A stretch of 64,000 nucleotides of DNA from the human T2T-CHM13v2.0 reference genome, Homo sapiens. This document shows, one piece after another, positions 1-13,234 of the stretch. The stretch lies in assembly GCF_009914755.1 (NCBI RefSeq), contig NC_060934.1. One strand, written 5' to 3'. The notes under the pieces were generated by a model. It was not told the DNA's origin. It worked only from the letters and a program-made list of their open reading frames with translations, and searched no databases. Every line of letters starts with the position of its first letter. Positions within the stretch are counted from its first letter, which is position 1. A program made the translations under genes and the position numbers.

Positions 1-517
1 AATGAAATAGTAATATCTGCTTTATTTCTGAATGAATGGAATCTAGAACGATTAAACAGAAAAAAAAACAACATTCTGACCTGATTCTGTGTTACCATCT
101 GCTGTAGATTTTGAAACAAGTCAAACTATTTTTTGCATACACGTCTAAGTGTCTGTCTTGATCAGACAGGAGCTTTCCCATAGTACTGCTTCAAGTGGAT
201 GTTCTGTTCTGCCGAAAATTCAACACTACCCTCTCCTCTTCTTGTTCTTTTCTGTTGTGTAAGCTCATATTTTGACCTTAATTCCTTGCCTCATCAACTA
301 TTAAATAATAAAGTAACCCACATGGGAACGCTTCTAATTACTTCCTTAAACTTTTATGGGTAACGTGTGTGAGTTGAGCGAAGCCCCGTGGGTGAACGAC
401 CTTCCCACTTCGGTGTAGCCCATCCTATCATGAGCCTAATTAATGCCAGAGTCCATAAAAGAGTTGCCTGTGCCTCATAAAACTTGGAGAAGACATAATA
501 TCTCCCTCGTGCCGTTG

Positions 518-563
518 GTTGCCATGGTTACCATTTGAGAAACACTTGATTACAATTCCCAGC
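518..563. promoter_or_regulatory. Candidate regulatory element: RFX X-box plus ZNF143/THAP11-type ACTACA motif
   Basis: GTTGCCATGGTTAC at 518-531 (near-palindromic X-box). TTACAATTCCCAGC at 550-563 resembles ACTACAWTTCCCAG. Motif match only. Confidence 0.35.
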
Positions 564-1583
564 CCCTTCCTTTCCTTGCCAGGGTAATCCATAGATTTGT
601 GGGTCTCAATGTGCCCCTGTCGGGCCTGTCATTTTCACCCTGATGAATGCCTGGCGTTGCCTGGAGGTCAGAGGCAGGGACACAGGGGCGTGGCTAAGTG
701 CACGGTCATGATCATGGGAGCACCCCAGGGAGGGGTGGAGGGTCAGGCTAGATGGGTTAATGACAATGCTCAGGGGGATGAGCATTACATGGCAGTTCGC
801 TGACCATCAGAGCCGGCCATAGCCTCGTAAGCCACAGGTGGGCTGTGGGGGGCTGTGGAAGGGTGAAGACACACAGTTGCTGTTGAGATACCCACACTGC
901 TTTTCCTTGGGAGACTGAGGCCCATGGTGGACCCCTGGGTAGGAAGTACAGTCATGCCCAGAAAGCAATTTCTGTCTCAGCCTCTGAGTGAGGGGACAGC
1001 TCCCAGTGCCGGAAAGAACATGGGGCAGGGCCCAGTGACCATCTAGGGGATGCCAGGGAGGAGTCTTGACCCTGGGGAGCAAGGCCAGACTTAAAGACGT
1101 TCCACCCGCCTGAGACTTTGATTCCTCCAGTCCCCATGCTCGGCACCTGGCCTGGCCTCCCACCCTTGGCTGCTCCTTCCCCGCCTTGACTTGCCTCTGC
1201 CTCCCTCTGCCTCCTCCTCTCACTGCTGTCTTCCCACAGTTTCTCTCTCTTGAGGTCAGCCTCAGCCCCCGATGAGCCCTGGAGCAGAATTCCAGCTCCC
1301 CAACAGGCCCTCAATTCGGGCGTCCCCTGATCCTCAAACCCACAGAGTCCAAAACAGGGCTGCTGTTTTCCCGTGACCTCCCCTCTTCTTCCACCCCGGG
1401 ATCTTTCTCACCTCTGACTTATCTACTTCCATGGCTGGAGCCGCCAGCTCCTGGGGGTCTCATCCAGGTCCACTTGCTTCCTGGTCTTCCCCCTCTCCCT
1501 CCCCACAACAAATATCCCTGGGCTTCCACCTGCGAAGCGTGCTGGACTTCTTACCTCTTTAAATTTCATTTCCACCATGCTGG

Positions 1584-1940
1584 TGAATTCGTTCTCATGC
1601 TGCTGATAAAGACATACCCGAGACTGGTAATTTATAAAGGAAAGAGATTTAATGGACTCACAGTTCCACATAGCTGGGGAGGCCCCACAATCATGGTGGA
1701 AGGCAAAGGAGTGGCAAAGGCACATCTCACATGGAGGCAGGTAACAGTGTGTGCAGGGGAACTGCCCTTTACAAAACCATCAGATCTCATGAGACTTATT
1801 CACTATCACTAGAACAGCATGAGAAAGACTCACCCTCAAGATTCAATTACCTTCCACTGGGGCCCTTCCACAACACATGGAAATTATGGGAGCTATCATT
1901 CAAGATGAGACTTGGGTAGGGACACAGCCAAACCATATCA
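1584..1940 (-). mobile_element. THE1B-like MaLR solo LTR
   Basis: Typical THE1 sequence ending GGGACACAGCCAAACCATATCA. 5-bp TSD GCTGG at 1579-1583 and 1941-1945. Confidence 0.9.
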
Positions 1941-2229
1941 GCTGGTCATATTGAGGTTTCGTGTGTGTGATTCACATGCAAAGATACTGGAAACCTTTGA
2001 AAAATGGGGAGGGAGGGGGAATTATTACCGAAGGCCAGAGGCAAGGAAACAGAACCTAGTTTATGAGTCGCTGGCCTCAGGGGCTGGGTCTCAGGGAGGC
2101 TGGCCAAGGTCCAGGTACTCATTGCACTCCAGCCATGCCAGCAGGTGCTGGCTCTTGTGTGGTTGGCATTTCCTGGTTGGCGTCCTTGTCTAGTCAGTGG
2201 TCCCAGCCTAAAGGTCAGCAGAAAGAAGG

Positions 2230-2440
2230 TAGTATAGCACGGAAGGCTTGGGCTCTGCTGGATTCACAGATCTGGGCTTTGATCCCAACTCCAGCCTTTA
2301 ATAGCACTGAGACGGTAAGCCAGTCCCACTGCCTCTCTGAGCCTCAAGTCATGGTAGCACATGCCCCACATGCTTGTGTGAAAGTTACACAGAAGACCCG
2401 TGGTGGAAAGCATTTGGACAGTGCCTGACACATGGCCTCC
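2230..2440 (+). mobile_element. MIR SINE (degraded)
   Basis: MIR-like core (GATCCCAACTCCAGCC...CCTCTCTGAGCCTCAAG) and 3' part (AGTGCCTGACACATGG). Boundaries approximate. Confidence 0.6.
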
Positions 2441-3649
2441 TCCAGTACATGATGTGCTGCTGTTGTTATTGTTGGTTTTAAAATTGGGGTTGCTTAGTAA
2501 CTTTGACCTTGGGTTTGCCCTGCGCGTTTGGGCGACTCCAACCAACAATGATGAATCTTCAGTTTTCTGGAGCACGAGGAGAGAACAGTGAGACGTCATC
2601 GCCCTCTTCCTGCCAGAGGTGCTGTGGGAGGGTAGTGAGAAGGGCTAAGACAGAGGTCATCCAGCATAAAACATTCCCACACAGGGAAATATGCCCCCTG
2701 GCTGTTTGTCCTCTGGGGAGAAGCAGCCTGGATGTGCTCTCCGTGCTGGGCAGGGCCGCGGGTCCTGGGCACCCAGGCAGGGAGGACACGGTGGTACCAC
2801 TCCCAGGGCAGAGCCTTGGGGAAACTCAGTATGGAGGAGGCCTCTCGGCCAAGTTGGTTTGGGAGGGGAGGCAGATGAGAGGAGGGAGCCCTGACCTGGG
2901 GATCCCACCGGGAGCTCCAGAGGAGGGAGGTGGAGGGAGGGCTTTCCTCACGAAGCTGCAGATGGAGACGGGGCCGGAGGAAGGGAGGTGGGCATCACTG
3001 GGAGCCCCTGCTCTGTGCCTGGTTGGGCCAGGCCATGCTCGTGCAGCCACGCTGGAGTACCAGGCACAGCTGGGTCCTGAGCACTGTGGCCACTGTGTTG
3101 TGGCAGCTGCCCTCTCTCCCCTTGTGACCCGTCTGCTGTGCGAATGGCCTTCCCCTCCCCTCCCCCAGAACAGCAACACAAAACAGAGCAGAAACAAGTT
3201 GCCCTGTGTTTCTGGAGGGAGTTTGAGGCTCTAGGTAGCTGTGGTCTTGCACAGCAGTGACAGATGCTGGTGAGGTTACCTGGAGGTTTTGCAAAGTCCG
3301 GCAGCGAATTTTGAATCATGGGAGGGGAGGGTTGGTTCTACTCATTATTGCTTCCATGTGAAGTGTGTTTGTTGTATTTGATCTTCAGCACTGCGCTTAG
3401 GGCTTTATGGAGATTATCTCTAATCCTTACCACCCTGGAGCTAGAAGAAGATCTTCCCAGGAGATAGATAGGGAAACTGAGCCCCCAGCATTGTCACAGC
3501 CACAGTCAGGAGCAAAGCTGCTGCAGGTCAGTGTCGACTTAGCCTCCATCCCCTGCTGGGATCACACGGACAGAGAGGCCTCTAGGCCAGACATGCTCCT
3601 AGACATGCTCCTAGCCTAGACATACAAACCCGAAGTTCCTCTACCGACC

Positions 3650-3975
3650 CAATCTGCGTGGTCCATTGTGACAGCCACGAGGCACATGTGGCCACTATAT
3701 TTAAATGTATTAAAATGGAGTAAAATTAAAGATCCAGTTCCTCAAATGCACCAGCCACGTTTCCCTTTCTTATTTTTTTATTTTTATATTATTTTATTAT
3801 TATTATTATACTTTAAGTTTTAGGGTACATGTGCACAATGTGCAGGTTTGTTACGTATGTATACATGTGCGTTTCCCTTTCTTAAAAGCCCCAGGCAGCA
3901 GTGGCTGCCAATTCTGGACACCACCAATGGAGGACATTTCTGCCATTGTGGAAAGCTCTGCCTGGCCGTGCTGCA
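3650..3975. mobile_element. MER33-like hAT-Charlie DNA transposon, interrupted by a tiny L1
   Basis: GCCAC...CACATGTGGC...TAAAATTAAA...CAGTTCCTCA...CCAGCCAC and CATTTC...GGAAAG motifs typical of MER33/MER3. Confidence 0.6.
3772..3869 (-). mobile_element. Severely 5'-truncated L1PA 3' end (about 100 bp)
   Basis: TATACTTTAAGTTTTAGGGTACATGTGCAC L1PA terminus plus A-rich tail. 14-bp TSD CGTTTCCCTTTCTT at 3758-3771 and 3870-3883. Confidence 0.9.
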
Positions 3976-4346
3976 CAAAATAGCTTGTGCTTATTATCTG
4001 AAAGGAGCCAGTTGTTTTTAAAAGATCTCATTCTCAGAGAAGACAGGATTTTCTAAACAGTTGGCTGAGGATGTGTGAGTGGCACAGTCTCATGCCAGCT
4101 TTTGGTGCTCTGGGCCTTTCCTGTGGCCCCTGCCCTGGCTTTGTTTTCAGTCCTGAGGCTCCCGCTGGGCACTGTCCCTCCCCCAGTGCTCATTTAGTGT
4201 CTGGGCCCAGGTTGGGGTGGAGTCGGCTTTGCTCCTTGCAGACAGGAAAGCGCTATAAGCTTCTATTTTAAGTTTGGTTGTATAAAATGCCATCCGATGT
4301 GAATTAAAGCAGAGTTCGCGTTTCTGTTTCCCTAAAATTGGTGTAT

Positions 4347-4856
4347 GTGTGTTAGCTTCTTTTAGCTGCTGTAACAGATTACCAAGCACTTGATGGCTTG
4401 AAACAACACGTATTTATTCTCTTATGGTTCTGGAGGTCAGAAGTCTGAAATTACCTTCTTGAGGCAAAAGGTGTGGGTAGGGTGTCGCTCCCTCTTGGGG
4501 CTCTGGGAGAAGCTGTTTCTCAGCCTCTTCCATCCTCCACTTGGAAGCACTCCTTGCAGGCCTTGGATTGGGGGCCCTTCCTCCACCTTCAGGTCCTCTG
4601 AGGAGCAGCATCCGAGCATCTTGTTGCAGTCGTCATGTCGCTTTTCTCTTCTATCTCAAATGTCCCTCTGTCTCCCTCTTATAAAGACACCGGCGATTGC
4701 ATTTAGGGCCCACCTGGATAATTTGGGATAATCTCCCCACCTCAAGATCCTGAATTTGTCACCTCTGCAAAGTATCTTTTACCATATAAGAAACACTCAC
4801 AGGTTTCAGGGATTCGGATCTGGACGTCTTTGGGGGCCATTATTCCGCTGACCAGA
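4347..4856 (-). mobile_element. MLT1 (C/D-like) MaLR LTR
   Basis: GCTGCTGTAACAGATTACC...GTTCTGGAGGTCAGAAGTCTGAAAT...TTTAGGGCCCACCTGGATAAT...GGGGGCCATTATT motifs. Confidence 0.8.
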
Positions 4857-5102
4857 GGTCATGAAAAGAACTCCCTGGCTGGCAGCGTAGAGTAAGGGTT
4901 AAGAATTCCATTGCTACAGAACAAACCACCCTGAAACTGGAGAGCTGAAAACGGCGGCCACTCATTTCTCCCCGGGCTGCAGATGCACTGGGTGGTTGTC
5001 CGTGCTCTGGGCCTGGCCTGGCTGGGCTTGCTGGGGTGTCTGTGGACAGCTCGTGGGTTGGCCAGGGGTTAACTGGTCTAGAGTGGCCTCATCTGGGACC
5101 AC

Positions 5103-5266
5103 CCACCTCTCCTCTGACTGTCTCACTTCCCTCCATCTGGGCTCTCCCAGGCACATCCCCACCTCTCCTCTGTCTCACTTCCCTCCATCTGGGCTCTCCC
5201 AGGCACATCCCCACCTCTCCTCTGACTGTCTCACTTCTCTCCATCTGGGCTATCCCAGGCACATCC
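5103..5266. repeat. 56-bp tandem repeat, 3 copies (56/52/56 bp), inside a degraded MLT1-like LTR (about 4900-5470)
   Basis: Unit CCACCTCTCCTCTGACTGTCTCACTTCCCTCCATCTGGGCTCTCCCAGGCACATCC read directly. Confidence 0.9.
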
Positions 5267-7931
5267 TCAGGCTCCTGTGGCAGTGATGCTCATGGTGATG
5301 ACAGAGAAGCCAGAGAGGAGGCGGAAACACGCAAGTACTTGTTAAGGTTCTTGACAGCAAGTTTGTTATAATCCCTTGGGTCAAGACTCAGAGTCAGGGG
5401 AGACTCCAAAGTGACAGGGCAAAGGGGAGGACACAGGGCGACCGTGAATCGGGGCCACTGATCTAATCCTGCATCCTGCATCTGGTGCTGTCTGTGGGGC
5501 AGGAGACACTACTCTTCCTGAGGCTCCCTTTCCTCATTTGTTACATAAGACACCAAACATGTATGATAGAGGGGGTGTGAGGATTCAGTGACAGGATGCC
5601 TTTAGAACACTCAGCAAATGTGGGAACATGGTGAAAACCAGTGCAGATTAGTTACTATCATTTCTCTAGGTGAGTATTATGATGATGATGATAATGAAAA
5701 TGGCAATTGTTATTTTTACGTGTGACCACGATTGGAGCCACTTTGTTGTTCGAGTTCTCTGTTCTGCCGCCCCCTTCTAATGGAAGAGAGCACGTTAGAA
5801 TTTGACTCGAGAAGGGTTCAACTAGAGATTTTCATGCGATTCTGACTCAAGTAGCAGTGAAAAAAGATGAGCACACAGAGCTGTTGAAATGTGTTTTGCA
5901 GCTCCAGAAAGGCGTGAGTGTGCTTTGTCTTGAAAATGAAATCAAATTTTTCAGCTTCAAAGTGGAATTAGTGTGACTTTAATAGCAAATTTGTAATTGG
6001 CTTTAACTATCATTTATTAAAAGTGATTGCTCTTCATGTTGGCTTCTCAAATGCAAATGCATGAAGTCAGACTTAGTTAAAGGTTGCTGTGCATTAGCTA
6101 CCTTCCTACTCTGCCGCAAGCCATTATCAGTTTAAAAAAGAGTGTGTTATTAAGTTGGAAGCTGCTCAAAGTTTAAACGAACAGAACAAAAACCTTGCAG
6201 ATAATGAAGGTTTTTGAAATTCAATTTAACATTAAATTACGGTGATGAAATACCCTCAATAAAGAGGCTTTTGTGATTTTATTGTTTCTAAACTCAGAGA
6301 AAAGTGGAATGAGTATGCATGAAATCTGATGAGAGCCACATACGGCTTTTAAAATTCCAAATCACTTTTCAAACTAATATTTTGGGAAACCATTTTCAGT
6401 TTGATGGTGTTGCGGGAACATCTCATTTCTGGGGCTTTGCCTGTGGATTCTGTTTGTTCCAGACCCAGAGCTACTGCTGAAGAGAAGCTTCTCCCTTTGC
6501 CTGGCTTCTCTCTTCTGAATTCTCAAGGGCTTTCTATTGGAAGCCTGAAAGTACTTCTTGATAACTTTGCATCACTTTTATCTCTGTGACATGTGGGCTT
6601 TGGATGGTTTCCTAGAGAAATACTTGAAAATATAAGTGCTTTCCCCAAATCTCCCAAATCCATGGTTTTCAAATGTCTTTTTCATTGAGTGACAATCCAC
6701 TTATGCTCTGGGTCCCCAGACGTGGGGGTGCAGGCCTCTTGGGATTATCCCTAAAGAAATAGGACGCCTAATTTCAAGATGGTTTATTTTTAAAAATTAG
6801 AAATGTTGACTCCTTGTAATACAGTGATTTTGTTTAAATCTGGAAGCGTCAGTGGCTGCCACCTCATAGTGAGCACCAAGACCTGTTCACAGAAAACTGC
6901 TGGAACAGCTTGTCCAGGGTGCCGGTTCCCTAACTCTTAGAGCTCCAGTCTCTTCTGCCATAAAGTGGGGAGAATGGAACCAGCCCGTGAGGGTGTGGGG
7001 GATGAGGGTTGGTTGCAAAGAGGCCAGTCCCGGTGGGGACTCTGCAATGGTGAAGCACTCTCAAGGGTGAGCGTTTCTCATATCACCCTATCCTTCTCCT
7101 ACAGGGGCTGGCCCAGGAAGGGCTTAGGAAATCCTGAAACAGAGGGTTCTGTTTTTAAGTCCATTGCTTGACGCTCTGTTTTGTTAACAAATTATGCAAA
7201 TTCTGACAACCCAGTTGGATTTTCATCTTTAACTTTAAATCCACTTTAAAAACAGGACATATCTATTTTTCTAATGTCAAAGATATTAAATCTCATTTTT
7301 TAAAATGACAATAAAATGTTTTGAACATATTTTATGCTGTTATTTCTTTTGCTTTTATATAATTATAAAGGTAATTGCTATATTAATTTAAAGCAAGTTT
7401 AACAGAAGCCAACTGCACGATTTGGTGGCCCACCCTGCCCTGTCCCCAAAGGTAACGTAGCTTGGGACTTATTTGTCTGAGTGTCTGTACGTGCCCCAGA
7501 TTCTGAACTAGTGGGGAAGGACTGTGTCTTATTCATCTTTTCATATGTGGTTTCTAGTACAGTGTCTGTCCCATAGAAATCACTTGATATGTTTTTGCTG
7601 ATTGACTGGAAAAAATAGTTAATACGATAACCCTTAGCCTTCTGTACTGTGTCGGTCAGGCCGTGATGCGAGTATGGGGTCAGTTCAGGTGTCCGCTCCA
7701 GGAGGAAGCAGGGTGTGCGCTGAATTCTCCTGATGTTGATGCCAAGACAGAGCTTAAGATGCAGGAAGGGAAAGGAGGCAGAATGGGGCAGAGAAAGATG
7801 TCCAGTGGCAGCCTGTGCCAGCCTGGCCAGGAGCCCTGAGGCCAAGAGGCCCCATCAGAAGTGCCCCCTTGGGCTGACCTGGGGCTTTCACATTCCACCT
7901 GCCTCGTCACTGGGTGCTGGCAGGGGACGCT

Positions 7932-8072
7932 GGTCACTGTGTAACAGTTGGCTCTCTGGGTGCTGGCCTCTCCAGGCGGGGGATGCGGGTCACTGTGTAA
8001 CAGTTGGCTCTCTGGGTGCTGGCCTCTCCAGGCAGGGTACGCGGGTCACTGTGTAACAGTTGGTTCTCTGGG
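7932..8072. repeat. 56-bp tandem repeat, about 2.5 copies
   Basis: GGTCACTGTGTAACAGTTGG recurs at 7932, 7988 and 8044 (period 56). Confidence 0.9.
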
Positions 8073-9060
8073 ACACAGGCCATACCTTGAAGCATTTGTC
8101 AGTTTCCAAAGCGTAAACACTCTCTTGAGGGCTAGTTTCTAGGGACTGAACACGGAATTGGGAAGAGATGCAGCAATTGGCTCTCTCAAGCTGGAGGAGC
8201 TTCCCTGGCAGGGAAGAGTGTGGCAGGCAAGGCGGCTCTACAACTGGGTGGGTGCTGGTGGAGCTGGGACCTCGCTCATGGCAGCCGGTAGCTGAGGAGG
8301 CAATGCCTGCTCGGAGGGGAATCTGGGAGGTGCATCTCCATGATGACCACACTTTACCACTGGTGCCTCCTTAGCTATTTGGGGAGCAGCTCCCTAAGGA
8401 TTGCAGAGGCCTCTTCTTGAGGAAGATGATGAGTGGGATGAACTTCAGTCCCCACTGTTGCAGTGCTCTTGAGCCCCAAGTGAAACTCTTTGTCTCCCTC
8501 TCTGTGTTCACCGGCTCCCCCTCACCCAGCATCCACACTTGTTTCAGTGCTCAGGTGGCGGCGTGACCAGCCCTCGGGATGGGGTCTCTCCATTACTGTA
8601 GCAGCTGTTTGAGGGAGCTCTGTGAGGTGCCCAGGAGGCTCCCAGGCTCTGTGTCTCTTCGTGCCCCACCCCGTGTGGACAGAAGCCTTGTTCCCCCAGG
8701 ATTAGGATCGGTTGCCCCTGCCAAGACCTGGAACTTCTATTTTTGCCGGCAGGTTCTTCTCCTGCACCTGCTGTCTTCCTCCTCCTGTTCCTCTTTCATG
8801 TTTTAAAGATGTAAAAGCCACCCATGGCGCTCAGGCCACACAACACAGGCGTAGGACTGGATTTGGCCCACGGACTGGACTGTTGCATGGGGCCCCTGTG
8901 TAGCTTATCAGCGTGGAGATTCCATGTCAATACCCCTCTGCCCTCCAAAGCTGTCATTAGTGCAGCTGCAACCTGCCAGAGGCAAGCCAGGTTTACCTTT
9001 GGCCGCCGACAGCATTCTTTCCATTCAGTCACCCTCCTGTCTTATCAGACCCTGCCATGA

Positions 9061-9409
<349 letters not shown>

Positions 9410-11163
9410 AAAATTGGAAGATTTTTCTACCTGTTCAAAATAATCTGTTACACCTTTCTGAAAGCAGCTGACAAAGAGGTTTTTCCAGTAATGAAATAAA
9501 AATAGACCTTTTTAAAGAAACGATGTGTATTTGGATGTGTAAATTTTACCCATCTGTTGAAACACCAGTCACATTGTCTAGAATAACGCTTTTCATGTGT
9601 GACCTTTTCCTTTCAAAGTAGGCATGTGGGGACCATATTGAGTTTTCTCTAGAAACATGATTTTTTTTTTCCCCTCAAGAGCTTGTCTTTTTTATTTGGC
9701 AAAGAAAGCCTCTATCCTGTAGACGACAAAAACAAAAACAAACCCTCCATTGTGCAAAACCTTTGGAGAAAGCATTGAACCCATGAAATCAGCCATCTAA
9801 GAAAAAGTCTCTAACATGGGATCTGTAAGGGTGTGCTGAAATTTTAAATGTGAATGTAGTGGAATCAATAGTTTTTTATTTTTATTTTTGAAGAATTTTA
9901 AGGACAAATGAAGAATCGATACTTTTTTGAAAATGTGCAATATGGTTGAGTGCGTGCTGCCAAAACAGCATAATCACCCTGGACCCGTGGGAGGAGGCTC
10001 TTTTGATGAGAACTGACTTTCCAGATGAAAGGAGGCCTGCCTATAAACAAGCTAGCGGGAACACATTAGCATTCTTACAGGGGGCCGCCAGGTTTCAATA
10101 ATGCCAGTGGTCCTTTAACCAAAACTGCCAGAAATGTTCTCCCTACATAAACCACAGAAAGTATGATCATTTACCACCCACCACGAATCATATTGACATA
10201 ATTTTTTTAACTTTGAATTCTTAAACTAAGGAGGATGGTTTGGGCTTGGGTATATCTCCTTGAGGTTATGTTATGAATGATTTGGACTGTCATGGGAAAG
10301 ATGCATGTTTTCATGGGGAAAAACTGTGTTATTTTTATATCCCTCAAATTCAACAAATCTTTAACTTTGTATGGAGATGTGGGTGAACTTGAACCTTTGG
10401 GAACCCGTATTCCAGCTGCTTTGCCGTTCTGTTTCCCACTGCCTTGGAGAAAGAGGATAGTCTTTGTGGATGCACCAGCCAGGTGCATTTCAAGGTGTGA
10501 ACTCCTGGGAACAGCTCTGCAGCGTGATGTGTGACACCGCCAGCCACCCGGGCACTGCTGTGGGCTGAGCTGACTGCAGCATCAGGACCATGGGACTGGC
10601 TGTGAGGTCGCTGTGCATCTGCCACCCTGACTCACCCCATCTCTGGGTGTGGAGTGTGTACACCATTGTGATCTCCTCTTTCCCGTAAACAAAAGTTCAT
10701 CCCTCTTTACATGAAGAAGAATACTCCCGTGTTTCCTTTCCCTCCAGAAGGAGGCTTTACATTCTCAAATGACCCCTAGGCTTTTCATGGGTGGAAAGCA
10801 TCTCCAAGACACATATCTGTGCCCAGGTCCCCTGGCCCAGCTCTTTCCCCAAATCAAAACTTTCTGTCCTTGGAGGCTTCAGGTTCTCTACTTATATTTT
10901 AGTTGACAGGAAAAGGATTTTGGAAAACATGCCCTTTTTCCCTAAATCCTTGGAGTTTTGACTCAATAGCTCCACGTTTGTAACACAGACAGCTGCTGAG
11001 GAAATCTCAGTCACTGAGCTGCAGAGCTTCATGTTTTAGTCAATAACAAAATCCACATGTGTTGGGTCTTCCTGATTCCCAAGGGGGTCATGACTTGAAT
11101 AAGCATTTAAAGACATTCTTCTTGGAGCTTTTCCCCATAATTGAATGTAGGGGCCACACTTCC

Positions 11164-11602
11164 TGTATTCAGTTCCTAGGGCCACTGTGACACATTACCA
11201 TAAACAAGGTGGCTTAAAACAACAGAAATTTATTCTGTTAGTGTTGGAGGCCAGAAGTCCAAAATCAAGGTGTTGGCAGGGCCATGCTCCTCCCAGGTGT
11301 TTGAAGAGAATCCCTCCTTGCCTTTCCAGCCTCTGGGGCCTTGGGGATTCCTTGGCCTTTCTTGGGTTGCAGGTGCATCTGTCCAGTCTCTGCCTCTGTC
11401 TTCACATGGTCTTCTTCTCTGCATTCTTTACTTCTGTCACTCGTACCGACACTTGCCATTGGATTTAATCTGAGATGACCTTATCGTGAGATCCTTACTT
11501 TAATTTTATCTGCAAAGACACTTTTTCCAAATAAGGCCACATTTACAAATTGTGAGGATTGGGAGATGGACTTTTTTGGGGGGCACCATTCAGACCCCAT
11601 GC
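11164..11602 (-). mobile_element. MLT1 (B/C-like) MaLR LTR
   Basis: TGTATTCAGTTCCTAGGGCC...GGCTTAAAACAACAGAAATTTATT...GAAGTCCAAAATCAAGGTGTTGGCAGGGCCATGCTCC. Confidence 0.85.
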
Positions 11603-12784
11603 CTCCTTTGTGTTTTAGAATTCAAATGTACATAGCAAACTCTTCCTTTGAATGTTGTAGTTGAGTATCCTTGTGTTCCTTCATCTGTAACTGCTCTGGA
11701 GGTGGAATTTAGTGTTTTAGTAACTACCTAAACATTATTTGGGTTTCTGGTGCAACTACTCCCCCTGCCCAAACTCTCTCCTTCATTTTATAACAAGCCT
11801 TTTAATCTCCTGTCCTTATTTAATAGGCTTATTTCAAGACTTCCCCAAACTTGAAAGTAGCAAATGCATGAATGCATGATACTGGTACTCAGTATATCAT
11901 ACTCTCCACTGATAGGTTCCAGCTGACCTCGAAAACATCAGGATAGGGAAACAAAACCAACTAGCTAGCATTTGAATTAGAACTAGAAATATAGAGGTAT
12001 ATACACAGGTCAGTTTGAATACTGAGCTCCCGTTCCTTTTATAAATATTAAATTAATATTTACCTAAAATTACAAAAATAAGGCAACCATTTGAAATGTT
12101 TATTCATGCTTGAAGAGGGTCTGGGACTCACCTTTCTCCTCTGGGGACCTGCTTTCATATTAGCCCTAATTGCATGGTACACACAGGAGCTTCTTTCTTC
12201 CAAGAGTTTTCTTTCTTTACCACTTTCTTCATTGCTGCTTCAAGGGCAAACCCCAGACCCAGGTTGAGTCAACTGTTGTATGCCCTCCAGCCAGAGTCTG
12301 TGAGACCTGGGAAGCACTCCCACCCACACTGCCAGTGCGCTTACACCTTCCCATGACACCTTCTGTGCAGTATCTGTGGCGAAGGAGCACCCTGAACAGA
12401 GCTGTGGGTTGTGAGGCTGTCTGGGCTCTACGTTTACCAAACCACCAGATCGGTGTGTGGCTGATGCCACTGCCAGCTCTACCTCCCTGAAGCAAGCTGG
12501 GAACACTGATCCTCCTCCTCCAGGTGGCTCTGGGAAACTCTAATTTGTCCCTTGCAGTTAAGGGGAATTTTTAATGAGAATGAGACAGTCCCACTCCAAG
12601 GAATTTATCCTAAGGAAATATTTGGGAAATGCACACAGATATATGTACAAAGTTACTCCTTTGCAATAATCTGCATGTCCATGATAGGAGATTGGTTATG
12701 CAAATTAGTGCTCATACATGCAAAGGACAACCCCACAGCCCTTAAGAGGATGAAAATGGATCTTGCGGGGCCCTCTTTCTTGGA

Positions 12785-12990
12785 GAGGCAGCGTTGGACA
12801 GTGGCTAAGAGTTCTGGCCACAGAACAAGACAGCCTGGACTGACCTGAGCTCTGTCACTTGATGTCTGTGTGGCCTTGGGTAAATTATCATGGGCTCTGG
12901 GCTCTACTTTGCTCATCTTTGAAAGATTGTTGTGAGTATTAAATGAGTTAAAGTGCCCAGGACCTGAAGTACATGGGACACAGGAAAAAA
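12785..12990 (+). mobile_element. MIR SINE
   Basis: GAGGCAGCGT...GTGGCTAAGAG...TGTGGCCTTGGGTAAATTA...TTGTGAGTATTAAATGAG. Confidence 0.65.
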
Positions 12991-13234
12991 TCAAAACAAT
13001 TTTAGCCATTACCTATGACATATCCTTAAGTGAATAAAACATGTTATGAAACACTATGTAGATGATACTATTTTGGGGTCCCTATTATATACATGTCACG
13101 TGTTTGTACCAATCCGTAAATGCATTTGTTAGAAGATCCTGGATTTTGGATGATTTCAGTGACTTCAGTCAACTTTATTCAATCAAATACTTGGATTTTG
13201 CAGGCACACTTTGGATCCCTTTAGTTGTCTTGTT

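Noticed and set aside
2503-3234. 243-aa ORF
   Set aside because: Non-ATG start, GC-rich sequence, no recognisable domain, and several equally long overlapping ORFs.
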